Shown one piece after another: positions 47,872 through 57,752 of a stretch of 64,000 nt of DNA (positions are counted from its first letter, which is position 1; each line of letters begins with the position of its first letter). The notes beneath the pieces are model-generated. The model ran no database searches. It was not told where the DNA came from and saw nothing but the letters and a program-made list of their open reading frames with translations. Location of the stretch: positions 928,001 to 992,000 of the forward strand of contig CBDCFN010000016.1 in the NCBI GenBank assembly GCA_965216315.1. The letters run 5' to 3'. Made by a program: the position numbers and the translations under genes. This DNA is from a bacterium (lineage in GTDB: Bacteria > UBA10199 > 2-02-FULL-50-16 > JAJFLM01).

Positions 47872-49602
47872 ATGGAAGATAGAAGCCTGGGAGCAATCCT
47901 GCTTGAAAACAGCAGTCTGAGCCAAGAACAGCTCGATGAAGCCCTGAAAGTTCAGAAAGAAAAGGGCTTTCGCTTGGGTGATGCGCTCATTCAATTAAAA
48001 TATCTGCGTTCGGAGGATATTCTTAAGGCCCTTTCGATCCAGTTAGGCATGCCTTATGCCAATAAAATTGAAGCCGACGAAATTCCTTTAGAGCTCGCTT
48101 CTCAGGTTTCTCTGAATTACGCGAAAAATCATGAGGTGATTCCGCTGGAAAGAACAGCCGCTAAAGTGCGCGTCGCGATGGCGGACCCCTTTGACCACTA
48201 CACTATTGACGACTTGCGGGTTCTCTTTGGCTGCACGATCGAGCCGAAGATCGCGAGCTCGTATGAAATTATTTCTGCCATCAACGTTGTTTACAATAAA
48301 ATCTCTGAGGTCCAGGGCGAAGGCGTCAACGAACTCCAGGATGAAAACTTGGATAGTATTGGGCAGGAGATGGAGGAAGTGCAGGATTTACTGGAATCGG
48401 GGGATGAAGCGCCTATTATCCGCCTCGTCAACTCGTTGCTGTTTAGGGCCGTTAAACAGCAAGCCTCTGATATGCATATCGAACCATTCGAAAAAGAACT
48501 GCTCGTGCGATTCCGCGTTGACGGCGTACTCTATGATATTATGCGCCCCCCCAAGAAGGCGATGGCGGCGATTATCTCGCGTATTAAAATCATGGCAAAT
48601 TTGAATATTGCGGAAAAACGTTTGCCGCAAGATGGACGTATTCGAATCAAAGTGGCTGGTAAGGATGTTGATATTCGTGTTTCTTCAGTGCCAACAGCGT
48701 ATGGAGAATCCATCGTCATGCGTTTATTAGATAAGAGTAAGGGCATACTCGACCTTGACAAAATTGGGATTTCGGAGCGCGTGCTTGATAAGCTTAAAGA
48801 ACTTATTACGCGCCCTCATGGAATCATCCTCGTGACCGGTCCGACGGGTAGTGGTAAAACGACAACTCTTTATGCTGCTTTATCTCGAATCAATACGATT
48901 GATAAAAAGATTCTGACGACCGAAGACCCTGTCGAATATCAGATCGATGGGATTAATCAAATACCCGTTAATGCCTCCATAGGTTTGACGTTTGCAGCTG
49001 GTTTGAGGTCAATCTTACGCCAAGACCCTGACGTGGTCATGGTTGGTGAGATTCGTGATGCGGAGACTGCCGAAATCGCCGTGCAAGCATCGCTGACCGG
49101 TCATTTGGTTTTTTCAACTTTGCATACTAACGATGCTCCCTCGAGTGCGACACGAATTTGCGATATGGGTATCGAACCGTTCCTGGTTTCTTCATCGGTT
49201 ATTGCCATAATTGCTCAACGTCTGGTGCGTACTGTCTGTAAAGATTGTGCCAAAAAATATACGCCGACGGAGGAACAGTTGGCGGAAATGGGGAAGACAT
49301 TAAAGGATTTAAAGGGAAGGCAGCTCTATAAAGCTGTAGGGTGCTCAAATTGTATTGAGACCGGATATGTAGGTCGAACCGGTATTCATGAGCTCATGAT
49401 CATGGATGACGCGCTCAGGGCGCAACTTATGAAGAGTACAGAAGCGACGCAGCTCAAGAAATTAGCCGTGGAACGTGGTATGTGGACACTGCGTGATGAT
49501 GGAGTTGATAAGGCCATCCGGGGAGAGACAACCTTAGAAGAAGTCTTCCGAGTCACCGCCGAAGAAGCTGTGGAAGAAGATCCTTCGATAACGGCGGCTT
49601 AG
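47872..49602 (+). CDS. gspE: Type II secretion ATPase
   Basis: ASDMHIEP, GPTGSGKTT, RQDPDVVMVGEIRD, TLHTN, tetra-Cys; N-terminal LGAILL/RLGDAL MshEN-like motifs. Confidence 0.95.
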   Translation: MEDRSLGAILLENSSLSQEQLDEALKVQKEKGFRLGDALIQLKYLRSEDILKALSIQLGMPYANKIEADEIPLELASQVSLNYAKNHEVIPLERTAAKVRVAMADPFDHYTIDDLRVLFGCTIEPKIASSYEIISAINVVYNKISEVQGEGVNELQDENLDSIGQEMEEVQDLLESGDEAPIIRLVNSLLFRAVKQQASDMHIEPFEKELLVRFRVDGVLYDIMRPPKKAMAAIISRIKIMANLNIAEKRLPQDGRIRIKVAGKDVDIRVSSVPTAYGESIVMRLLDKSKGILDLDKIGISERVLDKLKELITRPHGIILVTGPTGSGKTTTLYAALSRINTIDKKILTTEDPVEYQIDGINQIPVNASIGLTFAAGLRSILRQDPDVVMVGEIRDAETAEIAVQASLTGHLVFSTLHTNDAPSSATRICDMGIEPFLVSSSVIAIIAQRLVRTVCKDCAKKYTPTEEQLAEMGKTLKDLKGRQLYKAVGCSNCIETGYVGRTGIHELMIMDDALRAQLMKSTEATQLKKLAVERGMWTLRDDGVDKAIRGETTLEEVFRVTAEEAVEEDPSITAA

Positions 49603-49637
49603 CTTGGGTCTATCAGTCACTGATATAATTCATTTAT

Positions 49638-50867
49638 ATGGCAGTCTATAATTATAAGGGCATGGATAAGGCTGGCAAGAAGGCCAGCGGTGTGATTGAG
49701 GCTGATTCGGTCAAATCGGCACGAATGAAATTGCGTCGTACGGGTGTCTTTCCAACCGACATTGTGCCAGAAGGAGCTAAAGGTGCTGGATTTAGCCTTT
49801 CTGCCGATGTTGATATCGGTAAATACTTCGAGAGAGTAAAAACCAAAGATTTGGCCGTCATGACGCGCCAACTCTCTACGCTTATTTCGGCGAATGTCCC
49901 GCTGGTTGAATCACTGAGTGCTTTGGTTGATCAAACGGCTAACTCCAAACTTAAGAAAGTTATTGCGGACATTAAAAGTAAAGTGATGGAGGGCGAGAGG
50001 CTTTCCGATGCTTGCAAGACTCATTCTAAGGTGTTTCCCGAGATATTTGTGCATATGATTTCCGCTGGTGAGGCTTCGGGTGCGTTGGATACGGTTTTGG
50101 ACCGTTTGGCAGGTTTTATGGAGAGTCAGGCCGCGCTAAAGAGCAAGATAATGGGTGCGATGATGTACCCCATTATTATGACAGTGGTTGGCTTAGGCCT
50201 GATTGGATTTCTGGTCGCCTATGTTGTCCCCAAAATTACCAAAATATTTGAGGACGTTGAGGCCACATTGCCGCTGCCAACGCGCTTTCTGATTTGGCTC
50301 AGCGATGCCCTGACTAATTACTGGTATTTATTTATTCTTCTAGCCGTTCTCCTGTTTTTCGCCTTTAAGAAAGTAGTGAAGACGACGCGCGGGCGTGAGC
50401 TATATGATCGCTTTCGCTTGAAGTTGCCATTGTTTGGCAGTTTGAATCGAATGGTCGCATTATCACGTTTTTCTCGGACGCTATCGACCTTGATGACGAG
50501 CGGGGTTCAGCTGTTGAGTGCGCTCGATATCGTTAAAAATATTGTTGAAAATGTTATGCTTGTAAGGGCGGTCGAAGATACGAAAAATAGCGTCCGCGAA
50601 GGTGAGTCCATTGCGGTCCCTTTGCAACGAAGCGGCCAATTTCCACCCCTGGTGGTCCATATGGTGGGGATTGGTGAAAAAACGGGGAATCTTGAAGTCA
50701 TGTTAGAGCGAGTGGCGGATACTTATGATATGGAAGTTGATAATACAGTCTCGTCTTTAACGACGCTCTTAGAGCCACTCATGATACTTGTGATGGGTGG
50801 AATTGTGGCTTTTATCGTTATGTCGATCTTGCTGCCAATCCTTCAGCTGAATGAGTTGGGAGCTTAA
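49638..50867 (+). CDS. gspF: Type II secretion inner-membrane platform protein
   Basis: TRQLSTL, AGEASGAL, MMYP, LPLPT, GEKTGNL, LLEP. Confidence 0.95.
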   Translation: MAVYNYKGMDKAGKKASGVIEADSVKSARMKLRRTGVFPTDIVPEGAKGAGFSLSADVDIGKYFERVKTKDLAVMTRQLSTLISANVPLVESLSALVDQTANSKLKKVIADIKSKVMEGERLSDACKTHSKVFPEIFVHMISAGEASGALDTVLDRLAGFMESQAALKSKIMGAMMYPIIMTVVGLGLIGFLVAYVVPKITKIFEDVEATLPLPTRFLIWLSDALTNYWYLFILLAVLLFFAFKKVVKTTRGRELYDRFRLKLPLFGSLNRMVALSRFSRTLSTLMTSGVQLLSALDIVKNIVENVMLVRAVEDTKNSVREGESIAVPLQRSGQFPPLVVHMVGIGEKTGNLEVMLERVADTYDMEVDNTVSSLTTLLEPLMILVMGGIVAFIVMSILLPILQLNELGA

Positions 50868-50907
50868 AAGGTTTGGGTGTAATTATTAAATACGGAGGTA
50901 AGTAAGC

Positions 50908-51357
50908 ATGAAGCACCGAAGCACTAAAAGAGAATTGGGTATGACCCTGATCGAAATTATGGTCGTGGTCACAATTCTGGGAATTCTCGCGACCATTGTA
51001 ACCGTCAATGTTCTCGATCGTCTGGATCAAGCCAAGGTAAGTGCCGCGGTGACGCAGATGAAAAATCTTGAGGGTGCACTTGATGAGTTCAGGCGAGATA
51101 ACGGGTTTTATCCATCGACCGAGCAGGGTTTGAAATCCTTGATTGAGAAACCGACTGTCGGTCGTGAGGCAAAACGTTATCCCCGCAATGGTTATCTTAA
51201 AGGGAACGAGGTTCCACGTGATCCCTGGGACTGTGACTTTATTTATAATAGTCCTGGTCTTCAAGGGAACCCTTACGAAATCACTTCGCTGGGCTCTGAT
51301 TGCGCCGAGGGGGGTGAGGATGCCGATGCCGACATCAAGAGCTGGGAGTCTCAGTAA
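50908..51357 (+). CDS. gspG: Major pseudopilin
   Basis: G|MTLIEIMVV, YPSTEQGL, DPW, SLGSD. Confidence 0.95.
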   Translation: MKHRSTKRELGMTLIEIMVVVTILGILATIVTVNVLDRLDQAKVSAAVTQMKNLEGALDEFRRDNGFYPSTEQGLKSLIEKPTVGREAKRYPRNGYLKGNEVPRDPWDCDFIYNSPGLQGNPYEITSLGSDCAEGGEDADADIKSWESQ

Positions 51358-52033
51358 GAAGAAGCGACGCTTTCAGTCCGCGCCCGGCATGACTCTGATC
51401 GAGTTGATGGTGGGGATGTTCATCGTGGGAATCATCCTCGCCATTGCCGTCGTGGGTTCACGTGGTTTTACGGATGCCGAGATGAAGAAGGAATCAAATC
51501 GCCTCGCATCTACGATTCGCTATCTCTACAATAAGTCAGCGACAGAACGCTTATACCTCAGAATCGTTTATGACTTTGGTGAGCATAGCTACCATGTTGA
51601 ATCAACATCGGAGCCTTTTGTGATCACGCCGCCTGACCCTGAGGCGGAAGAAAAGGCGAAGCAGGCAGAGCCGGAAGCAGCGGAGGATGGCGGCCAAGGT
51701 GAGTCCGGTGAAGGTGCTGGCGAGGCGGAAGAGGGCGCCGCGCAGATGCCTGATGCCAGTGGGTTTGCCGAGACCGAATCGTATTTGCTGAAACCCGTCC
51801 AGTTAGCCGGTGATGTTCTCTTTAAGGATATTCAGGTATCCTATGCTAAAGAGAAAATTGAGGCCGGTAAGGCCTACACCTACTTCTTTCCAAACGGGTA
51901 TGCGACACCGACGATGATCAACCTCCAAGATGAGGATGATGAAACTAATTATTCATTGCAAGTGCTCCCACTCTCGGGACGCGTTCGGATTGAGAGCCGA
52001 TATCGTGAATTGGGAACAACTGAAGAACAATAA
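51326..52033 (+). CDS. gspH: Minor pseudopilin H
   Basis: Basic leader then G|MTLIELM, FFPNG; start 51320 or 51326. Confidence 0.8.
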   Translation: MPTSRAGSLSKKKRRFQSAPGMTLIELMVGMFIVGIILAIAVVGSRGFTDAEMKKESNRLASTIRYLYNKSATERLYLRIVYDFGEHSYHVESTSEPFVITPPDPEAEEKAKQAEPEAAEDGGQGESGEGAGEAEEGAAQMPDASGFAETESYLLKPVQLAGDVLFKDIQVSYAKEKIEAGKAYTYFFPNGYATPTMINLQDEDDETNYSLQVLPLSGRVRIESRYRELGTTEEQ

Positions 52034-52514
52034 AGGTTTTTCTTTATTGGAGGTCATGATCGCTGTGGGGATCTTGGCGACTTCTTTGGTGGCAATTCTT
52101 AATTTCCAGTCACGGGCTATTATTTCATCGGGCCGTGCGCAAAGTATTAGCGTCGCGACGGCGTTGGCGCGGCATCAAATGGCCCAATTAATCCTCGAAT
52201 TGGATGCTGAGATCGCCAAGGGACGTCTGCCGGATGATAAGTCAGAGGAAGGCGACTTTTCGGATTTGGGTTTTCCAGACTATCGGTGGGAAATGGCTAT
52301 TCGTAAAGTTGAGATTCCCGCACCGCCTCTGCCGGAGGAGGCAGGTGGAGATCTCGTGAACAAAATTATCCAAAGTATTACGGATCAGATTAGTAAGGCC
52401 ACACGCGAAATGAAACTTGTTGTCACCTGGAAGGAACTGGAAGACGAACAATCGATTGATATCACGACCCATTTAGTCGGTTTAAAGGGCACATCATTTG
52501 GAGTGTCACGATGA
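52005..52514 (+). CDS. gspI: Minor pseudopilin I
   Basis: KG|FSLLEVMIA; GTG start 52005 inferred. Confidence 0.8.
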   Translation: MNWEQLKNNKGFSLLEVMIAVGILATSLVAILNFQSRAIISSGRAQSISVATALARHQMAQLILELDAEIAKGRLPDDKSEEGDFSDLGFPDYRWEMAIRKVEIPAPPLPEEAGGDLVNKIIQSITDQISKATREMKLVVTWKELEDEQSIDITTHLVGLKGTSFGVSR

Positions 52515-53212
52515 GGACGAAATTGCGGCTAGAATCAGGTTTTACTTTGATTGAAATCATGGTGTCGGTTGCCATCTTGGCGATTATTAGCCTTATTTTG
52601 TGGCAATCCTCGGCTGTGATGATGAATGCCAAACAACGCTATGAAGCGGAAGACATCCGTTTTCATGAAGTTTTGATGGCGCTAACGCGAATCTCAGACG
52701 ATCTCTCTATGTCTTTTTTGTATCAGTCCGCGGATCACTTGGGTAAAACAGGACGAGGCGACCCACAACGTAATATTCGTTTTTATGGCAAAGATAATGG
52801 CAATCGTGATGAGCTCAATTTCGCTACTTTTTCAAACCTACGCATCATCAAGGACAGCAAGGAGAATGAACAGGCAGAGGTCGCCTATTTATTAAAGGCG
52901 GAAGAACGTGACGGGGGCCAGGCTTGGAATTTAGTCAAACGCATCCAGTCGCCTCCAGATAGCGATCCGGAGCAGGGTGGACAGGAATTTACAGTTTTGG
53001 AGGATGTTCAAGAGCTAAAATTTCAATATTACGACCAGGGCAGAAAGGAGTGGCGACCGGAGTGGGACAGTTCTTCCCTGGACTTCAATAAGCGGCTGCC
53101 GCGGGCGGTAGAAATAACGCTTGTGATCGAGGATCCGGTTATACCCGACGAAACAAGAACTTTCTCAACGACGGCCTTACTTGAAATGGCACCGGGGCCG
53201 AATGATTTTTAG
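52511..53212 (+). CDS. gspJ: Minor pseudopilin J
   Basis: G|FTLIEIMV, W..EWDS, LPRAVEI. Confidence 0.88.
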   Translation: MRTKLRLESGFTLIEIMVSVAILAIISLILWQSSAVMMNAKQRYEAEDIRFHEVLMALTRISDDLSMSFLYQSADHLGKTGRGDPQRNIRFYGKDNGNRDELNFATFSNLRIIKDSKENEQAEVAYLLKAEERDGGQAWNLVKRIQSPPDSDPEQGGQEFTVLEDVQELKFQYYDQGRKEWRPEWDSSSLDFNKRLPRAVEITLVIEDPVIPDETRTFSTTALLEMAPGPNDF

Positions 53213-54585
53213 TGATGAGACAACAGTCAGATAAAATAAGGAAAAAGATCGCTGAAGCGGGCGTCGCTCTGATGATGGTCTTAGGGTCCGTTGCATTGTT
53301 GACGGCATTGGTGGTCGAATTTGCGTACAACAGCCATATTACCTACACCATGTCGATGAATAATCTCGATCGCCTCAAGGCATACTATCTGGCGCGTTCG
53401 GCAGTAGGGTTTGCTAAGCTTCAGGTCAAGATAGAAAAGGATATTCGAAAACAGTTAGCCAACTACTCTAAGTATCTGACCGGCGTTATCGGTTCAGAAC
53501 CGGTCTGTAAGATTATGCCCTTTTCTACTGATTTATTGCGAGGCGGGCTAGGGTTGTTGACTGGAGCTGGTGAAGAGAACCCGGAAGAGGGTGGTTCTGA
53601 AGAAAAAAGCGAAGCAGATACCGGTGAGAAGCAGCCGGCGGAATTCGAAGGGATCATGGCGGCTGCCGCGGCAGGTGATTTCTTGAGTTTTGAAGGCAAT
53701 TTTTCCGTTGGCTGTGACGTGGAAGATCGAAAAATTAATATTAATTATTTCTATAGTCTAAATCCTCAAGATCCGGTTCAGGAAAATGTTGAGGTCAATG
53801 TGTACGAGTATCATAAGCGACTTGTGGAGTCTCTACTCGTTAGCTCTGATTTTGATAAACATTTTGAAGATAGTGATCCGACGGCACGCCGTGAGTTGGT
53901 GAACAATATTGCCGATTGGGTGGATCAGAATAACGTCGTGGATGAATCCCCCGGCTTTCAGGCAGGATACGAAGAACAGCGCTATCCCGAAAACAGTTAT
54001 CCGGTCAAAAACGGTAAGTTCAGCACGCCCGGTGAATTGCTGCTGGTCGCCGGGATGGGGGATGATATCTACCGGCAACTTTTGCCGAATATCACCATTT
54101 ACGGGGATGACAAACTTAATTTATGCCTGGCTGAGGAGCCTATGATTAAGGCTTTTGTCATCCGTTATTCCAATGTCACTCAAGATGTTGATCCCATCTT
54201 GCCGGATAATAATGAGTTATTGGATGAAATTGTTGCCGCAGTGCAGCAAGCATGCTTGACGCCGACTCCGAAGGCCTTGGAAGTGGCGAATGCGATTCGA
54301 ACCGTGCTGAATCTGGAACCGGAAGCGGCGACGAACTCGTCGAAAGGCAAAAAGACCACGAAAACGGCGGAAAGCACCAGCAAAAGCGGATTTGCCGGGA
54401 ATGAGGAGGGCAAAGCGAAAGCCGTCCCGACTAAGTTAAGTGACCAAATCTCGACTGAAAATCGCTTCTATAGTTTCGACTTAACAGGAAGTTCAGGAGA
54501 TATTATACTGAGTATTAAGGCAGTTCTTCATACTGAGGACAAGGATCCCAACAAGTGGAAAATGCTTTTTTATCGGGTGGAGTAA
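53212..54585 (+). CDS. gspK: Minor pseudopilin K
   Basis: G|VALMMVL, KININ, IADWVD, KNG, ELLLVAGM. Confidence 0.88.
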   Translation: MMRQQSDKIRKKIAEAGVALMMVLGSVALLTALVVEFAYNSHITYTMSMNNLDRLKAYYLARSAVGFAKLQVKIEKDIRKQLANYSKYLTGVIGSEPVCKIMPFSTDLLRGGLGLLTGAGEENPEEGGSEEKSEADTGEKQPAEFEGIMAAAAAGDFLSFEGNFSVGCDVEDRKININYFYSLNPQDPVQENVEVNVYEYHKRLVESLLVSSDFDKHFEDSDPTARRELVNNIADWVDQNNVVDESPGFQAGYEEQRYPENSYPVKNGKFSTPGELLLVAGMGDDIYRQLLPNITIYGDDKLNLCLAEEPMIKAFVIRYSNVTQDVDPILPDNNELLDEIVAAVQQACLTPTPKALEVANAIRTVLNLEPEAATNSSKGKKTTKTAESTSKSGFAGNEEGKAKAVPTKLSDQISTENRFYSFDLTGSSGDIILSIKAVLHTEDKDPNKWKMLFYRVE

Positions 54586-54588
54586 TAT

Positions 54589-56211
54589 ATGGCGCATAAA
54601 ATATATGGTGTCGATATCGGTAGCTATTCGATTAAGGTTGCCGAGTTAGAACGGACATTTAAGACGTTCGAGTTGGTCAGTTTCTATGAGCACCCGATTG
54701 TTTATAATGAGGTTCTCTCAACAGAAGAGGCGATGTCGGCAACGCTCGAAAAAATGGCCGAAGATTATGGTTTGGCTGAAGGTCAAACCTACACAGCCCT
54801 GCCGGGCAACTATACGTCCACGCGCCTGATTGAAATGCCCTTTGGGAATGCCAAAAAGATCGATCAGACTATTGAGTTTGAGATTGAAGGGGCGGTTCCT
54901 TTTGATATCGAAGATATTGTTGTCGACTATCATATTGTCGAGTCGAGCAAGACAGAGTCGACTTGTATGCTCTCTTATGCACAGAATGCCGATATGGTGA
55001 AGTTCCTGAATGTTTTTTCAGGAACTGAAATTGAGCCGCGCTGGATAGGTTGCGAACCCGTTGAATTAGCCAGCGTTATGAATCTAGGGGTTATTCAACC
55101 TGAAGGGGCTTACGCCATTCTTGATCTGGGTCATACCAAGTCAAATCTTTGTATATTTATCGGTCCAAAGCTCTATTTTGCCCGCACCTTGTCATTCGGC
55201 GGTTTGCATCTCACCAAGGCGATTGCGGAGAAGCTGCAAGTGCCGCTTGAAGAAGCCGAGCGATTTAAGATTGAAATTGGTCAGGTTGCCGGCGAGGGAC
55301 AAGACGATATGAGTCGACGAGTCTCGCAGGCTATTCAGGAAGTGTTGGGTCAATTGCTTATAGAAGTGAAGCAGACTTTTATGAATATTCAAGAAAACGA
55401 AGGCCAGGTGATTCAGGCGATTTATTTATGTGGTGGCACCTCGCGCTTGAATGGCATTGATCATTACTTTTCTTATGAGCTGCGAAAGAATGTCAGTCAT
55501 TTAGATTGTTTGGATTTTCCTTTCAATAAACTGGCGGATTCAAACTGGTGCCGACCGATTATACCGATGTCATTAGCACTCGCCTACCGTGGAGCGGTGG
55601 GGACAAAATTGCCGGATGTACAGTTTCGTCGCGGAGAATTCGCTTATAAAGGCGACCTGGACCAGCTGGGTGGTCTTGCCAAACAGGTCGGTTTGTTGGC
55701 GGGCGCCATCGCTTTTTTTGTTATGATAAGCTTTGGTGTGAACTACTTTGTTCTAAACTCAAGGATTGATAAATTAAAAAAGTCAGTTGCTAAGGTTGCG
55801 GGTGAAGTCTTAACGACAACGCCTCAACGAATGCTTAAGAACCCTGATTCCGTTCTCTCTATATTGAATGGGAAAATTTTGGAAAGTAAGGAAAAAAAGA
55901 AGGCGCTGGACGAGAAATTTGCGATATCCTATCTGAATGCCATGTTAGAACTATCGAAGAATCTGCCGCCTCGGGACAAACTTAAGGTTGATATGGACGA
56001 GGTTAAGATAGCTGGCAACCGAGTTCGGATGGAGGGACGCACTAATTCATTTGAGAATGTGGATATCATTAAACAGTCTATAGCTAAATCTTCGATGTTT
56101 AAAAATGTCAGTATGGGCAATGTTAAAAAGGGTGCGGGAGATGTCGTCAAATTTGATCTGACGATGCAAATTGCACTTGAAGGGGATGATGAACAAGTGG
56201 GGATGAGATAA
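54589..56211 (+). CDS. gspL: Type II secretion protein L with PilM-like actin-fold domain
   Basis: GVDIGSYSIK, LDLG, GG.HLT, LCGGTS, then TM and a PilN-like periplasmic domain. Confidence 0.85.
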   Translation: MAHKIYGVDIGSYSIKVAELERTFKTFELVSFYEHPIVYNEVLSTEEAMSATLEKMAEDYGLAEGQTYTALPGNYTSTRLIEMPFGNAKKIDQTIEFEIEGAVPFDIEDIVVDYHIVESSKTESTCMLSYAQNADMVKFLNVFSGTEIEPRWIGCEPVELASVMNLGVIQPEGAYAILDLGHTKSNLCIFIGPKLYFARTLSFGGLHLTKAIAEKLQVPLEEAERFKIEIGQVAGEGQDDMSRRVSQAIQEVLGQLLIEVKQTFMNIQENEGQVIQAIYLCGGTSRLNGIDHYFSYELRKNVSHLDCLDFPFNKLADSNWCRPIIPMSLALAYRGAVGTKLPDVQFRRGEFAYKGDLDQLGGLAKQVGLLAGAIAFFVMISFGVNYFVLNSRIDKLKKSVAKVAGEVLTTTPQRMLKNPDSVLSILNGKILESKEKKKALDEKFAISYLNAMLELSKNLPPRDKLKVDMDEVKIAGNRVRMEGRTNSFENVDIIKQSIAKSSMFKNVSMGNVKKGAGDVVKFDLTMQIALEGDDEQVGMR

Positions 56212-56801
56212 TGGCACTGAAATCACGCTATTCACCGCTAACAAAACCAAGCTTTGAGAATATTTACCATGCCTTTACGGGCTTGAACCCTCGCGATCAG
56301 TTAATTGCGATGATCGTCGGAGCGGTTGTTTTAGTTATAGTCGTGATCCTGCCTCTTTCCGTCGTGTCGGGTAAAGTATCGAGCCTTAAGACCGGGATTT
56401 CAAAATCACAGGCGAAGCTCAATGACGTCTTGAACAAAGTAGAAGAGTATAAAGCGGTTCAAACGGAAATTAGGACGCTCGAAAAAAAATATGGTCGTGG
56501 TGTGTCTTCAATGACCTCGACCATTGAAACGATGGCTCGCAACGTCGGCCTGGCAGGTGCGATTCAGGGCTTGAAAGAGAAGCCGCAAATTCCAGGCGAT
56601 CAATTTGTTGAGCTGCCTGTCGAGCTGAAACTTAAAAATACGACCCTTAAGGCCCTTGTAGAGCTCATGTACAAAATTGAGACGTATCCGAATGCACTGC
56701 TGCGGATTAAAAACCTCTATATCAAACCTCGTTTTTCGAATCGCGCCTTTTTGGAGGTGACGATGGATATCGCTAACATCAAACTGAAAGCGGAGGGTTA
56801 A
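56211..56801 (+). CDS. gspM: Type II secretion protein M
   Basis: LNPRDQ before a TM helix, coiled coil, operon position. Confidence 0.75.
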   Translation: MALKSRYSPLTKPSFENIYHAFTGLNPRDQLIAMIVGAVVLVIVVILPLSVVSGKVSSLKTGISKSQAKLNDVLNKVEEYKAVQTEIRTLEKKYGRGVSSMTSTIETMARNVGLAGAIQGLKEKPQIPGDQFVELPVELKLKNTTLKALVELMYKIETYPNALLRIKNLYIKPRFSNRAFLEVTMDIANIKLKAEG

Positions 56802-56802
56802 G

Positions 56803-57705
56803 GTGCCGACGGCCTTAAGGATAATTATTTATCCAATCTTTGCATTGCTTTCCTTTATCGTTTTCTTTGTGATGCTGTTTCCGTTTGAGAGCATTAAAGG
56901 GCGTATTGAAACCGAAGTAGAGCGCGGTCTAGGCGGACAGTATGAGGTGAAGATTAAAGAACTCGCAATGGCTCCGCTCACGGGGGTCGCGATTGACAAC
57001 GTCGTCGTCTCAGAGAAGCGTGGCAAGCGCGAGCCGGTTTTTACGCTCGATAAGGCCACGGTTCACGTTGATATCCTCCCTCTTATCTGGGGAGCGTTGA
57101 AGGTCGGCTATGATCTCAGATCGACGGGAGGGCGCATCTATGGGCGTCTGGAGCGGTCTGGTGATCAGATGAAAGTCGAGGCGACGCTCAAGGACCTTAA
57201 TTTGGCTGCTGTTCCCCTGCTTAAGACGAAATGGGGTGTCGGGCTCTCGAGTGATGTCGATGGGACCGTTGATTTAGAATTATATCCACGGGCCCCGCTA
57301 CGCAATAACGGGACCATTCAACTCAAGATACCGAAATTAAAGGTCGGTGAGTCCAATATCATGAATATGATGACGCTGCCGCCCATGGATTTGGCGGCGG
57401 CAAAAGGCCAATCTCAGGTGGATATCATCATGAATCGGGGGAGCATTGAAATTCGTAGCTTCGACTTAAAGGGTGGGGATCTTACTTTGGCGCTCGGGGG
57501 CAAGGTCTATTTGGCACAGCGTGTCAGCAATTTCCGTTTTAATATCAGGGGAAAGCTTGGCTTTAACGATAAAGTTATGAAGGCCATCCCGCTGTTGATG
57601 GTCGTTGAAAAGCAAAAAGGCCCTGACGGGCTCTACCCGTTGACGGTTACGGGACAAATTCGCAAGCCGAACATTCGTGTCGGCGATTTTCGCATCCCCA
57701 TATAG
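56803..57705 (+). CDS. gspN: Type II secretion protein N
   Basis: N-terminal TM then FP motif, beta-rich body, last gene of the operon. Confidence 0.75.
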   Translation: MPTALRIIIYPIFALLSFIVFFVMLFPFESIKGRIETEVERGLGGQYEVKIKELAMAPLTGVAIDNVVVSEKRGKREPVFTLDKATVHVDILPLIWGALKVGYDLRSTGGRIYGRLERSGDQMKVEATLKDLNLAAVPLLKTKWGVGLSSDVDGTVDLELYPRAPLRNNGTIQLKIPKLKVGESNIMNMMTLPPMDLAAAKGQSQVDIIMNRGSIEIRSFDLKGGDLTLALGGKVYLAQRVSNFRFNIRGKLGFNDKVMKAIPLLMVVEKQKGPDGLYPLTVTGQIRKPNIRVGDFRIPI

Positions 57706-57752
57706 CCGATAGGGACTTGACAGTCCCTCACTATCTCGCTTAGCTGACTGCG

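Noticed and set aside
51143..51325. Long N-terminal extension of gspH (and likewise gspI 51930-52004)
   Set aside because: Overlaps the upstream gene; prepilin cleavage motifs imply short leaders.
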